This document shows positions 8,034-18,255 of a DNA stretch of 64,000 nt, one piece after another. A model generated the notes under the pieces. The model was given only the letters and a program-made list of their open reading frames with translations, was not told where the DNA came from and made no database searches. The stretch's first letter is position 1. The number at the start of each line of letters is the position of its first letter. This DNA comes from Planctomycetaceae bacterium (GTDB lineage Bacteria; Planctomycetota; Planctomycetia; Planctomycetales; Planctomycetaceae), in NCBI GenBank assembly GCA_021732975.1, contig JAKFWC010000024.1:247634-311633 (forward strand), given 5' to 3'. Made by a program: the position numbers and the translations under genes.

Positions 8034-10112
8034 CTACTTCCGTCCCTTGCCTTTGCGATTGTCTCGCGGCGGGTTCGGACGATTGGTATCGCGGGACACA
8101 GAGCCTTGTTTGTCCGCCATCTCTTGCAGTTCGCGAATCTTCTGCTTGAACCCGTCGAACATTCCGGGCTTATCCGGCGGTCCGGCTGGCTTTCCTGAGC
8201 CTGAAGCGCCACCGAAGCCCGAATTTCCACTGCCCGACGAATTTTCATCAGCGGATGGCGTCTTCGTTGTGTCGGTGACCGGCGTGAACTTCTTCAACAG
8301 CGCCCGTTCAATCATCCCCCACGCACTGGAAGTGATGATGTACACGCACAATCCCGAGGGCACGCGGTAGAACATCGCCCCCATGATCGCCATCGTGAAA
8401 TTCATCGTCTTTTGTTGAATCCGTTGCTCTTCATCCACCGGCGGCGGCATCGTCAATTTCTGATTGACGATCATCAGCCCGGTGCTAAGCAACGGCAGCA
8501 GATTGAACTCGCTCCATTCCAGCCACGGAATCGCGAAACCGAACTGGAACAACCGATCGGGCGACGCAAGGTTGTCGATCCAGCTGGTCCAACTCCCGAA
8601 CACATGCATCGGGGCCATGCGCAGATCAACCGAGACTTGCAGGGCGCGGTACAGCGCGATGAAGATCGGCATCTGCAGCAGCAGCGGCAGGCAACCCCCC
8701 ATCATCTTGAGTTGAATCGACTGCATCTTTTGTCGCTCTTCCGTGGTGAGCGACTCCGGATCCTTCTTCATCTTTTCGTGCAGGATCTTCAGTTCCGGTT
8801 GATGTTCCTTCATCTTCTCCATCGTCCGGATCTGGTGCCGCGTGAGCGGATACAGCAGCGTACGGATGATGATCGTCAGGCCGATGATGGCCAAACCGTA
8901 GCTCAAGCCAATGCTGTGCAGTGAATCGAAGATCCACAGCATCAACAGCACGATCGGTTGGAACCAGCCATAGTCGAGCACCGCTTCGGCTTTCAGGGCC
9001 GTGAGCAGTGCTTGCCGCTTGGGCAACGAGTACAGCGAGTATTCGTGTGTGATTTCGTCCCCGGCATTCAAGGCGACCGGCGTGGAATCGAGGACCACGC
9101 TGATATCGGCCTGGCCGTCATAGCGTCCTTCTTTGAGAACTTCCGCGCGGGATGCCATCACCGTGGGCGATTTCTGTTGATCCCCCTCGGGACGAACCAG
9201 TGCGGCGAAATACTGCGTGTCGACGCCGATGTACGACAACGGCCGCAACCACGTCGAGGGCTTCTCCGCTTTCTTCTCCTGCACCGCGGTCTTCGTATTG
9301 AACAGGCTGGCGTCGATGCCGTTATCGGGGCGGAGGAAACCGAGCCGGATGTCGCGGTACTTGTAGGTATTCGGAGCGTCTTCCAACGGAAGAGCCGCCG
9401 GACCGCGCAGCAGGTAGGCGAACGTCGTTTGTGCGGAGCCGAGATTCTTCGCGGTAATCGAGAGTTTGAGGCGATAACCGTCGACCCAGGTGTCGCGCAG
9501 TTGATTGTCGAGTTTCTTGTCCGCAGGGGCTTTTTCAATTTCGTAGCGTTTGCGAAGTTCAATTTTGCCATCGGCGGTGATGAGGCGGAACGTGACCGCG
9601 TCTGGTGTGGTTTCGGCATCCACCACTTCCCAAGCGATGATGTCCGTGGGGAGTCCCCCCAACTGCGAGTCGAGCGTGGGGACTTGCAGCGCAAAGGTTT
9701 TCTGCTCGACGAGCGGATTATGTCCGATGAGACGCAGCGGCGTGCCGCGCTGGCCGAACTCGGGATAACGTTCGTCGTTCAGCGTGACATTTTCGACGGC
9801 GGCACCGCGGCTGTTCAATTCGACTTTGATGAAGTAACCCGTGGTCGGGTCCGTCGAGCCAAGTTCCACGGTCTTGACGGGATGCTCGACCACCGCCGGG
9901 GCTTGGGCATCCTTCGGGGCGGCAATCTCGGGAATGACGTTCAGCGGCGCGAGGGCGCTCACCGGGCCATCGAACGCCTCGGAATCCACCGGTGCCACTT
10001 TGGCCACCGGGGGTCGTGGCGGCATGAACTGCGGCAGCACGAAGGTGGCGTAGGCGATCCAAATGCCCATCGAAAGGGCAACGAACATTATCACGCGGCG
10101 CTGCTGGTCCAT
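8034..10112 (-). CDS. yidC: Membrane protein insertase YidC with a large periplasmic domain and a long basic C-terminal tail
   Basis: 692 aa with an N-terminal TM, a large P1 domain and the conserved core (LLPLLLQMPIFIALYRAL, NFTMAIMGAMF, GLCVYIITSSAWG). The last ~84 aa are Gly/Ser/Lys/Arg-rich. Confidence 0.92.
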   Translation of the reverse strand: MDQQRRVIMFVALSMGIWIAYATFVLPQFMPPRPPVAKVAPVDSEAFDGPVSALAPLNVIPEIAAPKDAQAPAVVEHPVKTVELGSTDPTTGYFIKVELNSRGAAVENVTLNDERYPEFGQRGTPLRLIGHNPLVEQKTFALQVPTLDSQLGGLPTDIIAWEVVDAETTPDAVTFRLITADGKIELRKRYEIEKAPADKKLDNQLRDTWVDGYRLKLSITAKNLGSAQTTFAYLLRGPAALPLEDAPNTYKYRDIRLGFLRPDNGIDASLFNTKTAVQEKKAEKPSTWLRPLSYIGVDTQYFAALVRPEGDQQKSPTVMASRAEVLKEGRYDGQADISVVLDSTPVALNAGDEITHEYSLYSLPKRQALLTALKAEAVLDYGWFQPIVLLMLWIFDSLHSIGLSYGLAIIGLTIIIRTLLYPLTRHQIRTMEKMKEHQPELKILHEKMKKDPESLTTEERQKMQSIQLKMMGGCLPLLLQMPIFIALYRALQVSVDLRMAPMHVFGSWTSWIDNLASPDRLFQFGFAIPWLEWSEFNLLPLLSTGLMIVNQKLTMPPPVDEEQRIQQKTMNFTMAIMGAMFYRVPSGLCVYIITSSAWGMIERALLKKFTPVTDTTKTPSADENSSGSGNSGFGGASGSGKPAGPPDKPGMFDGFKQKIRELQEMADKQGSVSRDTNRPNPPRDNRKGKGRK

Positions 10113-10259
10113 GATCCTAACCGAACTGGCTCTTCCACACTGGCGGCGAAAGAACGGGGAGAAAGTGTCGCCTGTTGGAATTGTGAAGACCCGCGGCTGT
10201 CTTCACGCGTTTCGGACCGCGGCTCACTCTCCAGTAAGCAGGCGGTTCGCTGCGGCACG

Positions 10260-11006
10260 TTAACGACCGCTTTCCAACCGATCGCCGAAGAAGTTGTCCA
10301 ACTCAGGGATCTGGTGGATTTTTTTTTTGGTCGCTTCAAAGTCGTACGGAACGCGCTTAAATGTCAGCGAGTTCCCGTCGAGCACCACGTAGGAACTGCG
10401 ATTGTCGTTGTTGCGGGGTTGGCCCACCGAGCCCACATTCACCAACGCCTTCTGGGCTCCTAAGTCGTACTTGAAATCAATTTCTTCCGGGGCCAGAAAG
10501 TTCAAATCCTCGGTGAACACACCGGGGATATGCGTGTGTCCTTGAAAACAGTAGCGCTCGACCAGCGCGAAGATTTTCTCCATCTTACGCTGATTGTAGA
10601 TATCTTCCGGAAAGACGTATTCATTGAGCGGATTGCGGGCCGACCCATGCACGAACATGAAATTCGGCAGGCGATGGACACGCGGGATTTCACCGAGGAA
10701 ATCCCAGCGTTTTTCGGCTTTTGGACCGGTGGACGCCTCAAGTTGCTTGCGGGTCCAGAAGATCGCCCGTTCGGCACCGGCATTGAACCCTTCGGGATCG
10801 AACAAGGCGGCTTGATCGTGATTGCCGAGGAGGCACATGTCGCAGGACGACATGACCAGATCCACGCACTCGCAGGGATTGGGACCGTAGCCGATAATAT
10901 CGCCGAGACAGAAAATCTCGGTGATACCCTGTGCACGGATGTCCGCCAGGACCGCCTGCAAGGCTTCAAGATTCGCGTGGATGTCGCTGATGATGGCGCG
11001 CGGCAC
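10260..11006 (-). CDS. Calcineurin-like metallophosphoesterase (ApaH/PrpE-like)
   Basis: Motifs [21 protein letters not shown] and GHTH appear in canonical order. Confidence 0.8.
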   Translation of the reverse strand: MPRAIISDIHANLEALQAVLADIRAQGITEIFCLGDIIGYGPNPCECVDLVMSSCDMCLLGNHDQAALFDPEGFNAGAERAIFWTRKQLEASTGPKAEKRWDFLGEIPRVHRLPNFMFVHGSARNPLNEYVFPEDIYNQRKMEKIFALVERYCFQGHTHIPGVFTEDLNFLAPEEIDFKYDLGAQKALVNVGSVGQPRNNDNRSSYVVLDGNSLTFKRVPYDFEATKKKIHQIPELDNFFGDRLESGR

Positions 11007-11448
11007 GTTTTCCTCGCCGATCTCTCAAAGACCCGCGCTTCGCAAGACGTAAACAAGCAGTCTACGGTGGTCGAGGAGCGCCAGCAAGGGCCGCGACATC
11101 CTAGCCGATACAAACGATCACAGTTCTTGACGCCATGAATGGTCACCATAAACGTCGGTCGGTTCCTCACTCATTCGGTTGCGGGACAACTCGGACTCCA
11201 ACTGCAAAGAGAACGACGGCTCACCACGGACGGATCAGCAGAATCTGGACGATCATCATCCCTTAACCAATCATTCCGGTGAGGTGGCCCAGCGGACAAA
11301 CTCACAGTGACCGGAATCCGGCTTTCCGCGCGCAGCCATGAAAAGGCGTAGCGACTCTCGCCAGAAAGCGAAGGCTTTTCTCTCGATCCACGCCCGGTGG
11401 AGACCCCGCGGTCTGGTGACCGCAACGGCGGCAAATGTGCCCTAGACA

Positions 11449-11901
11449 TTACGTCGAGGCCGACTCTTCTGCGTCCGCCACCGGCGCCTCAGCCGTTTCA
11501 TCGCTCTCGTCGTCCGATCCTTCGGAATCGCTGGTCATCGACTCCGCGTCATCGGCAGCAGCCAGGTTCATGGCGGCGACGGTGGGAATGGCGCGGGGGC
11601 CGACCCAGCGGGCCAACGGAGTCTGATCGTCTGCCGATTCGTCCACACGGGCCGATAAGACGGGGACAATGATCGCGAGACAGGCCGCCGCGACGGCGAC
11701 CAGAACAGCATGGCGCGCACCGCTGCTGCGAGTGGGGCATGCCGACTGGGAAAACGTTACCGGTTGTTCCGCAAAGAGGGCCAGCATCAGCCGCTCCACG
11801 CGATCTTCGGTCCATCGAGTCGGCGATGAGGGGGCAACGGTGGGTGGGCGATCATGCATGGTCCGTTTCCTCGCGCGCCTTCCTGGCACGCATGCTGTCA
11901 A
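11449..11901 (-). CDS. Putative anti-sigma factor (single TM, acidic C-terminal tail)
   Basis: It starts 12 nt downstream of the ECF sigma gene. It has one hydrophobic helix (AVLVAVAAACLAIIVPVL) and a Ser/Asp/Glu-rich tail. I recognise no ZAS motif, so the call rests on position only. An alternative start is at 11859. Confidence 0.4.
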   Translation of the reverse strand: MTACVPGRRARKRTMHDRPPTVAPSSPTRWTEDRVERLMLALFAEQPVTFSQSACPTRSSGARHAVLVAVAAACLAIIVPVLSARVDESADDQTPLARWVGPRAIPTVAAMNLAAADDAESMTSDSEGSDDESDETAEAPVADAEESAST

Positions 11902-11912
11902 TCAAAGCAGTG

Positions 11913-12458
11913 TTACGGGACGGAGTCGGCGTTCACACCCAGTTTTTCGAGGGCCATCGCCATTCGCTGCCGGGCACGCATCAACCGCATGTCGATGGCA
12001 GCAACCTGTATGCCTAACACTTCTGCAATTCGGGCGGACGGCCAACCGAGGGCATAACGCAGCAGCAGAATCTCGCGGTCATCCGACCGCAAGGTGGCCA
12101 AGGCCAGGTCCACCTGCTCGCGCAATTCCGCGCGAACCATCGTGCCGACCGGATCGAGCGCCGGGGATGCGACACTCTCTAACGATTCGGCGGTCGCTTC
12201 GGCATTCTGCTTCCGGCGGGCGAAGTCTCGCAACCAGTTACGGCCGACATGAGCGAGCCAGGCCCGCTCATCGCGGATATCCTTGGCCGCCGGCCCTTGA
12301 AACCGCAGGAACGCCTCGTGGACGGCTTCCCAAGCGCGTTCCGGATCGCTACACAGGCGATAGAAAAACGTCCACAGATCGTGACTGTGTTCGCGATAGC
12401 ATTCCGCGACACGCGGCGCACCTGCCGGGACGCTCATTTTCCGCCTATCCTTCACCAT
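11913..12458 (-). CDS. ECF-type RNA polymerase sigma-70 family factor
   Basis: Region 2 (LWTFFYRLCSDPERAWEAVHEAFLRF) and region 4 HTH (DREILLLRYALGWPSARIAEVLGIQVAAIDMRLMRARQRM). The start is uncertain among 12536, 12458 and 12437. Confidence 0.85.
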   Translation of the reverse strand: MVKDRRKMSVPAGAPRVAECYREHSHDLWTFFYRLCSDPERAWEAVHEAFLRFQGPAAKDIRDERAWLAHVGRNWLRDFARRKQNAEATAESLESVASPALDPVGTMVRAELREQVDLALATLRSDDREILLLRYALGWPSARIAEVLGIQVAAIDMRLMRARQRMAMALEKLGVNADSVP

Positions 12459-12613
12459 TTTCCGAACACGGTCGGCGACCGTGACCACACGTCCACACGT
12501 CGTGTTCAAAAAACGGCAATTCTTCCGGAACGTCATCCACTGCGTTCCAGATCACCCGATTAAACCCAAATCGTGTTAAACTGTCACGAAGTTTTTCCAA
12601 CGATTCCTTCCGG

Positions 12614-13945
12614 ATGCGTCAGGAACTTCCGCTGTCGTCAACGGTTGCGACAATTGCTGAGCATCCGACGAAAGGCCGCCGTGGACTCGTGGTCGCGATC
12701 GGTGTCGCCCTGATTCTTCGTCTCACGGCGTGCTGGTTTTGGATGGACGAGTTGACCATCGACCGCGATGCGTACCTCGGAATCGCTCGCAATATTACGG
12801 CGGGACAGGGATTCTGCAGCCCCGAAAGCCACACGCCAACGGCATTTCGCCCGCCGGTCTTTCCGATACTGATTGGAATCGTCCGGTTCGGGCTTCCGGA
12901 AGCCGTGGCCGTCGCGGTGATCAATATCGCGGCTGGACTGGCCACCGTCTGGGCGGCGTGGTTGCTTGTCGAATTATGGTGGCAACCCGCACTCTGGAAA
13001 AAAGTGGCGGCAGCCACGGCCGTCGCTGTCGACCCGTTGCTGCTTCGTTACTCCACCCAGCCGATGACCGAGTGCGTCTTCACCGCCCTCACTGTGTGGA
13101 CACTGGTGGGGGTGACGCGGCTGTGGCTCGACCCACGAGCTCCTTGGCAAGTGGCGTTGTTCACAGGAATTGTTGCCGGCCTGGCCGCGCTCTGTCGCCC
13201 GACGCTGTATCCGCTGATCGGCCTGATGTTGTTGTGTTTGCTGTTTGTCGCCCCCCGGCTCAGTTTCAAAGAATACCGCTACCGCCAGGCGGCGATTTAT
13301 GCCTTGGCAGCAAGTGCGATCATCGCACTGTGGGCCGGACGAAATCTGGTCGTCTTGGACGAGCCACTGCTGACCACGACCCATGGCGGATACACGCTGC
13401 TGCTCGGCAATAATCCGGTGTTCTACGAAGAAGTGGCTCGGAAACCGTGGGGAACCGTCTGGGGTTATGACAGTCTGGTCCGCTGGCAGGCCTCGATCGC
13501 GACGGACTTGCAGGACGATCTCGGCGATCATGTGAGCGAAGTCGCCGCTGATCGGTGGCACTCACAGCGCGCGTGGAAAGCGATCCAGGCGGACCCGGTC
13601 GGTTTCCGCGCGGCGGTGGCCTATCGCGTCCGCAGTTTCTGGAGTCTTGCCCCACGCGGACCGGAAGCGTCGAACCGGGGTTTGTCGACGATGGTCGCTG
13701 GCTGGTATGCGACACTCTTCATGCTGGCGGCGATGGGATTTTTCAACGCGGTGCGGCAACATTCTGCAGCCGCATGGATTGGCGGGCTGCTCATCGCCAC
13801 TGTTGCGGCGTTGCATCTCTTGTATTGGACCGACACCCGCATGCGCGCCCCATTGCATCCGGTGCTGGTGGCGTTTGCAGCGGGTGCGGGCGCTGTGAAA
13901 CGGACCCGATCGCAGGGGGTCCGCAAAGCGGCAAGCGAAGGATGA
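12614..13945 (+). CDS. Polytopic membrane glycosyltransferase, ArnT/PMT (GT39/GT83)-like
   Basis: About 10 predicted TM helices, a first-loop acidic motif (MDELTIDRDAY) and a size typical of the family. The family assignment is from pattern memory only. Confidence 0.5.
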   Translation: MRQELPLSSTVATIAEHPTKGRRGLVVAIGVALILRLTACWFWMDELTIDRDAYLGIARNITAGQGFCSPESHTPTAFRPPVFPILIGIVRFGLPEAVAVAVINIAAGLATVWAAWLLVELWWQPALWKKVAAATAVAVDPLLLRYSTQPMTECVFTALTVWTLVGVTRLWLDPRAPWQVALFTGIVAGLAALCRPTLYPLIGLMLLCLLFVAPRLSFKEYRYRQAAIYALAASAIIALWAGRNLVVLDEPLLTTTHGGYTLLLGNNPVFYEEVARKPWGTVWGYDSLVRWQASIATDLQDDLGDHVSEVAADRWHSQRAWKAIQADPVGFRAAVAYRVRSFWSLAPRGPEASNRGLSTMVAGWYATLFMLAAMGFFNAVRQHSAAAWIGGLLIATVAALHLLYWTDTRMRAPLHPVLVAFAAGAGAVKRTRSQGVRKAASEG

Positions 13946-13955
13946 AGATCGGAAA

Positions 13956-15209
13956 CTACTGCACGGGCTCTGTCGCCGGTAGCCCCGCATCCGGAATCGC
14001 CGGGATCTCCGGAGCGAATTCCGGCAACAACGGCAACCGCTCGGGATGTTTGTGATAGACCGGGAAGTCGCGGCCGCGAAAGCGAATTGCGGCGATCCGG
14101 CCCGTATTGGTGGCCAAGTACACGCGGTCCGTACGGTCGTTGCTGACGTGGCGGACATATCGCCCCGTGGGGAGACGACCCACCGTCCGGCCATCCATTG
14201 CCGAGACCATCATGATGTCTTTGTTGTCATCGCGGGCAAACACAATGTCGTTGGCGACGGCGACGAATTCCTTCATTCGCGGCTGCCACCACTTTTGTAC
14301 GCCGTCGGCGGCATTGAGGCAAAACAGCCCTCCGCGGTCGGGATGCACATACAGATTCCCCCGGACCACTTCCGGCGAAGTCCGCACCGGCAAACCGGCG
14401 ATGAACTCCCACAACACCTGACCATTGACGGCATTGATGGCGTAGAACGTGGAATCTTCGGACGCAAGATACTGCACGTCTCCCCACTGTGCCATCGGGG
14501 CGACAATCGGAGCGTCGGTCTCGAACTGGAACGTCAGTTCCCGTCGATTCGGCGACACCGCATACAAAGAGCCGTCGCGGCTGGCGAAGTTCACCGTCCG
14601 TCCCGATGTCAGCGGCGGCGACGTGATTTCCTTCGACGCCTGATACCGCCACACCAATGCTTCATGCGACCACTGTGGTAACTTCCGATCCGAGTACAGT
14701 TCCTTGATCTTTTTCAGACTGTAGGCGTACACGCTGCCATCGAGCGTGCCGACATACACCTGCGTGGCATCGGCCGAGGGGCTGGTGGAGGGAGCGCCGG
14801 GAAGCCGTAGCGTCCAGACGATGTTCCCGCTCCGCTTGTCGATGCCATACATCATCGTCCCGACGACGATCATCACCATGTTTTCGTTGCTTTCCGCCGG
14901 AAAGCTCGGTTCATCGAAGCTGCCGAGGCGGATGGCCCAGGCGCGGACACCGGTTTCGGTATCAAAAGCGGTAACAATCCCATTGCTCGCCTGGACGTAG
15001 AGGAGTTCTTCGTCGAGAACCAGATGGGACACCTTGTCGCGGGACGGATTGAGCACCGCCTGCGCCGTCCACGCCGTTTCCAAGCCGTAGCGATTCAGCA
15101 AGGTGGTCGAGATGAATCCATCGCCGGTAGCTCCTTGTTGCGCGGCGGCGGTCGCCGTCATCGCGAGCCAACTGCACGTCAGCAACGCGGCCAAGGTTGT
15201 GTAGCGCAT
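13956..15209 (-). CDS. Secreted PQQ-like beta-propeller repeat protein (BamB-like fold)
   Basis: Repeated blade motifs are NGIVTAFDTETGVRAW, GSVYAYSL, DGSLYAVS, TFYAINAVNGQVLWEF and GGLFCLNAADG. A signal peptide starts at the ATG at 15209 (MRYTTLAALLTCSWLAMTATAAA). The track start at 15281 is probably too early. Confidence 0.7.
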   Translation of the reverse strand: MRYTTLAALLTCSWLAMTATAAAQQGATGDGFISTTLLNRYGLETAWTAQAVLNPSRDKVSHLVLDEELLYVQASNGIVTAFDTETGVRAWAIRLGSFDEPSFPAESNENMVMIVVGTMMYGIDKRSGNIVWTLRLPGAPSTSPSADATQVYVGTLDGSVYAYSLKKIKELYSDRKLPQWSHEALVWRYQASKEITSPPLTSGRTVNFASRDGSLYAVSPNRRELTFQFETDAPIVAPMAQWGDVQYLASEDSTFYAINAVNGQVLWEFIAGLPVRTSPEVVRGNLYVHPDRGGLFCLNAADGVQKWWQPRMKEFVAVANDIVFARDDNKDIMMVSAMDGRTVGRLPTGRYVRHVSNDRTDRVYLATNTGRIAAIRFRGRDFPVYHKHPERLPLLPEFAPEIPAIPDAGLPATEPVQ

Positions 15210-15688
15210 GGGATCGGCTTTCTTACGGAAACAGAACGATCGAGAGTTCGTCGCCGGGCCCGTGTCGAACCAAGTGTTCATCCATCGGCCCCCTTATAAT
15301 CTACCACGGTCCGAATGCGTGCCCGAAAATCGGTCGACATTTTCCCACAACGACGAGCAAATCGTCGGACGAGCTTCGGCATTCATCGTACATTGAGGCG
15401 CAACAACGCATGCTAACCATCCGCGCCAAGACGATTCCAGAGGCGAAAGCGCGGGATTCCCTAAGAACCCACGAAGTTTTTCTAAAGTATCGATTCCCGC
15501 CGAACTGCAGTAGCTCTTCGATCACATCTCACCGAGGTCCATATCCGCTTGCGGTTTCGCGCCCTGTGCTGATCCCACCACGTATCCCCCCCTTCGCCGC
15601 GCCCGCTGCGGACTGTGCGTTTCTCCTCAAGCAGGGTCTTGTCGGACCGCCCACCGGCTCGATAGACTCTTTTGTGCCCCATTCTCTG

Positions 15689-17005
15689 GTGAGCCGAATC
15701 GTGTGGACTCCCCTGACACCCTCCCGCGCCGTGTTGACACTCTTCATCGGAGTGACCGCGACCGTTGCTGTTCACGGCGACGTGATTCGCCTCCAATCGG
15801 GCGCGGAGTTGCACGGCAAAATCGTTAAAAACGATGCAACCGTCGCACCCGACACCATCGCCGTCGAACTCTTGTCCGGCGCTCGTGTCACGTTGCCCGT
15901 AGATCAAGTCACATTGCAGGTCGCGCGCCCCGTTACCGTAGAAGAATACGAACTGCGCGCCCGCCAGGTGCCGGACAAGGTAGAGGCCCGCTGGGAACTG
16001 GCCGACTGGTGCAAGCAGAAGGGATTGAATGCGCAGCGCGAAACGCAATTGCTGCGGGTGATTGAACTCGATCCGGACCACGAACGGGCACGGGCTGTAC
16101 TAGGACACGTCTGGAAAGATGGCGTCTGGGTCGATTGGGACGAGTACATGTCGGCCCGCGGGTATGTCAAACACCGCGGCAAGTACATCACGCAGCAGGA
16201 ACTCGAACTACTGGAAAAAACGTCGGAAGAATTGAAACGCGAGCAGGAGTGGTTTCCTAAGGTCCGTTTGTGGACTGGGTGGGTCACCGGCAACAACGCC
16301 CCTCGGGCACAGCAGGGGATGACTGCGCTGAAAGCACTCAAGGACACCGATGCCGCTCCGGCGGTCGCCCGGTTTCTGGGCGAACACACCGTCCGTGATT
16401 TACGACTGTTGGGGATCACCGTTCTCACGCAAAGCGGTGGGATCAAGTCCGCGGTCGCGCTTTCCAAAATTTCGCTGCGGGATCAGGATCAGGAAGTCCG
16501 ACACGCCGCATTGCAGGGAATTGATTCAGCCCTCTTCGATAATGTCCAGGCGCTGTTCATCAAGGAACTGCGCAGCGAAAACAACGCCATCGTGAATCGG
16601 GCCGCGGCGGGATTAGTCCGTGTCGGCGATGAACGGAGCGTGCCACAACTCATCGATGCGCTCGTTACTTCGCACAAGTACGAAGTCCGTGTCCCCGGTG
16701 GTGCCGGGCAGACGTATTCTTTCGGAACAAATGGCACCTTTGGACAATCCTCCTCGTTGCCGCCGAATGTGGAAGCCGCGATTCGGACGGGCCAAATGCC
16801 ACAGGGTGCGGTGCTTCTCAACTCCCCCAATGGCGCAGACAACACGCTGACGCGCACTGTGCTGGTCCGCATGGAACATCAGAACCCGGATGTTCGCGCG
16901 GCACTCCAACGGCTCACGAAAGAAGACTTTGGCTACGACGAACGGCTGTGGCATCTCTGGTGGGCCGCGAAAAAGCACAGCGGCGGGACGCTGTCGAATT
17001 CGTGA
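15689..17005 (+). CDS. Secreted or anchored HEAT-repeat protein
   Basis: C-terminal HEAT / PBS-lyase-like repeats (DQDQEVRHAALQGI; NAIVNRAAAGLVRVGDERSVPQLIDAL). A hydrophobic N-terminus follows the GTG at 15689. The start is uncertain (15674-15701), and the track start at 15197 overlaps the divergent gene. Confidence 0.5.
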   Translation: MSRIVWTPLTPSRAVLTLFIGVTATVAVHGDVIRLQSGAELHGKIVKNDATVAPDTIAVELLSGARVTLPVDQVTLQVARPVTVEEYELRARQVPDKVEARWELADWCKQKGLNAQRETQLLRVIELDPDHERARAVLGHVWKDGVWVDWDEYMSARGYVKHRGKYITQQELELLEKTSEELKREQEWFPKVRLWTGWVTGNNAPRAQQGMTALKALKDTDAAPAVARFLGEHTVRDLRLLGITVLTQSGGIKSAVALSKISLRDQDQEVRHAALQGIDSALFDNVQALFIKELRSENNAIVNRAAAGLVRVGDERSVPQLIDALVTSHKYEVRVPGGAGQTYSFGTNGTFGQSSSLPPNVEAAIRTGQMPQGAVLLNSPNGADNTLTRTVLVRMEHQNPDVRAALQRLTKEDFGYDERLWHLWWAAKKHSGGTLSNS

Positions 17006-17095
17006 CAATTCTGCGGCATCACGCATGCCACTGACTCTGCCGGTGTCTTCTGATTTCATGATCGACAGCTCGTCTCTAGAACACTGGCCCAGCCA

Positions 17096-18223
17096 GTGGC
17101 ACACATGACAAAGTTCGACTCCCCGACCGCGGCGATGCAACATGCGTTAGCGCTCGCCACTCAGGGATTGGGCGGCGTGGAACCGAACCCACCTGTTGGT
17201 GCCGTTATCGTCGATGATGCTGGCCTCTGTGTGGGCGAAGGTTGGCATCAACGCTACGGCGGGCCCCACGCAGAAGTCTTTGCTCTCGAACAAGCCGGCC
17301 CCTTGGCACGTGGCGCGACGTTGTACGTCACGTTGGAACCGTGTTGTCATTTCGGCAAGACGCCACCGTGCAGTCGTGCGGTCATCGCTGCCGGAGTGAA
17401 GCGCGTGGTGGTGGCGATGTCCGATCCCGCCCCGCATGTCGCCGGCGGAGGCATCACCGAACTACGTGCCGCCGGTATTGATGTCGAAGTGGGTCTCTGC
17501 GAAGCCGAAGCCAGAGCGTTAACCGCGCCGTTTGTCCGCTGGGTCACCGAACGCCGGCCGTGGGTGCATACCAAGTGGGCGATGACGCTCGACGGCAAGA
17601 TCGCGTCCCGTACCGGTCATTCGCAGTGGATTTCCGGTCCGGAGAGCCGAGCGAAGGTCCATGAACTTCGCGGGCGCATGGATGCAATCGTCGCCGGGAT
17701 CGGAACCGTGTTGGCCGACGATCCGCTGCTCACCGCTCGTCCTGCCGGTCCACGCACGGCAACGCGCATCGTCATCGATCCCCACGCTCGAATGCATCCC
17801 ACATCGCGACTGGTGCAAACCGCTCGAGAAGTTCCCGTGATATGGGTCGTGGCGAATCACATTCCCGCCGACCAAACCGCAGCCCTCGAAGCCGCCGGGG
17901 TGGAACGTCTGTCGCTCCCACACGACGCCGCGACGTGGTTCCCGTTGAAGGATTTGCTCGCCATTCTTGGCGAGCGAGCGATGACGCACATTCTCATCGA
18001 AGGCGGTGGCCAACTTCTCGGCCGTTTCTTCGATGCTAACCTGATCGACGAATACCACATCTTCATCGCCCCCAAACTCGTCGGCGGTGCCACGGCCCCT
18101 TCACCCTTGAACGGATTCGGGCAGGAGCGCATTCCCTCGATCGCGTCGCTGGATTGCCCCACCGTCGTCACTATCGGCGAAGATGTTTATATCCACGGGC
18201 GCACGTCATCTTCGGTTCAGTGA
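17096..18223 (+). CDS. ribD: Bifunctional riboflavin biosynthesis deaminase/reductase RibD
   Basis: CMP/dCMP deaminase zinc motifs HAEVFAL and PCCHFGKTPPC, followed by the RibD C-terminal reductase domain. The start is GTG 17096 or ATG 17105. Confidence 0.92.
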   Translation: MAHMTKFDSPTAAMQHALALATQGLGGVEPNPPVGAVIVDDAGLCVGEGWHQRYGGPHAEVFALEQAGPLARGATLYVTLEPCCHFGKTPPCSRAVIAAGVKRVVVAMSDPAPHVAGGGITELRAAGIDVEVGLCEAEARALTAPFVRWVTERRPWVHTKWAMTLDGKIASRTGHSQWISGPESRAKVHELRGRMDAIVAGIGTVLADDPLLTARPAGPRTATRIVIDPHARMHPTSRLVQTAREVPVIWVVANHIPADQTAALEAAGVERLSLPHDAATWFPLKDLLAILGERAMTHILIEGGGQLLGRFFDANLIDEYHIFIAPKLVGGATAPSPLNGFGQERIPSIASLDCPTVVTIGEDVYIHGRTSSSVQ

Positions 18224-18255
18224 GGGACAAGTCGCTGCACGATTCGTGCGCGACC

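Noticed and set aside
11280-11350. A possible SRP (4.5S) RNA or other structured RNA, because of CCGGAATCCGG and GCAGCC strings.
   Set aside because: It does not reproduce the conserved GGUCCGGAAGGAAGCAGCC domain IV motif or a matching closing helix. The similarity is superficial.
17006-17095. An FMN riboswitch upstream of ribD.
   Set aside because: The spacer is only ~90 nt and lacks the conserved FMN-element core. It is too short for the aptamer plus an expression platform.
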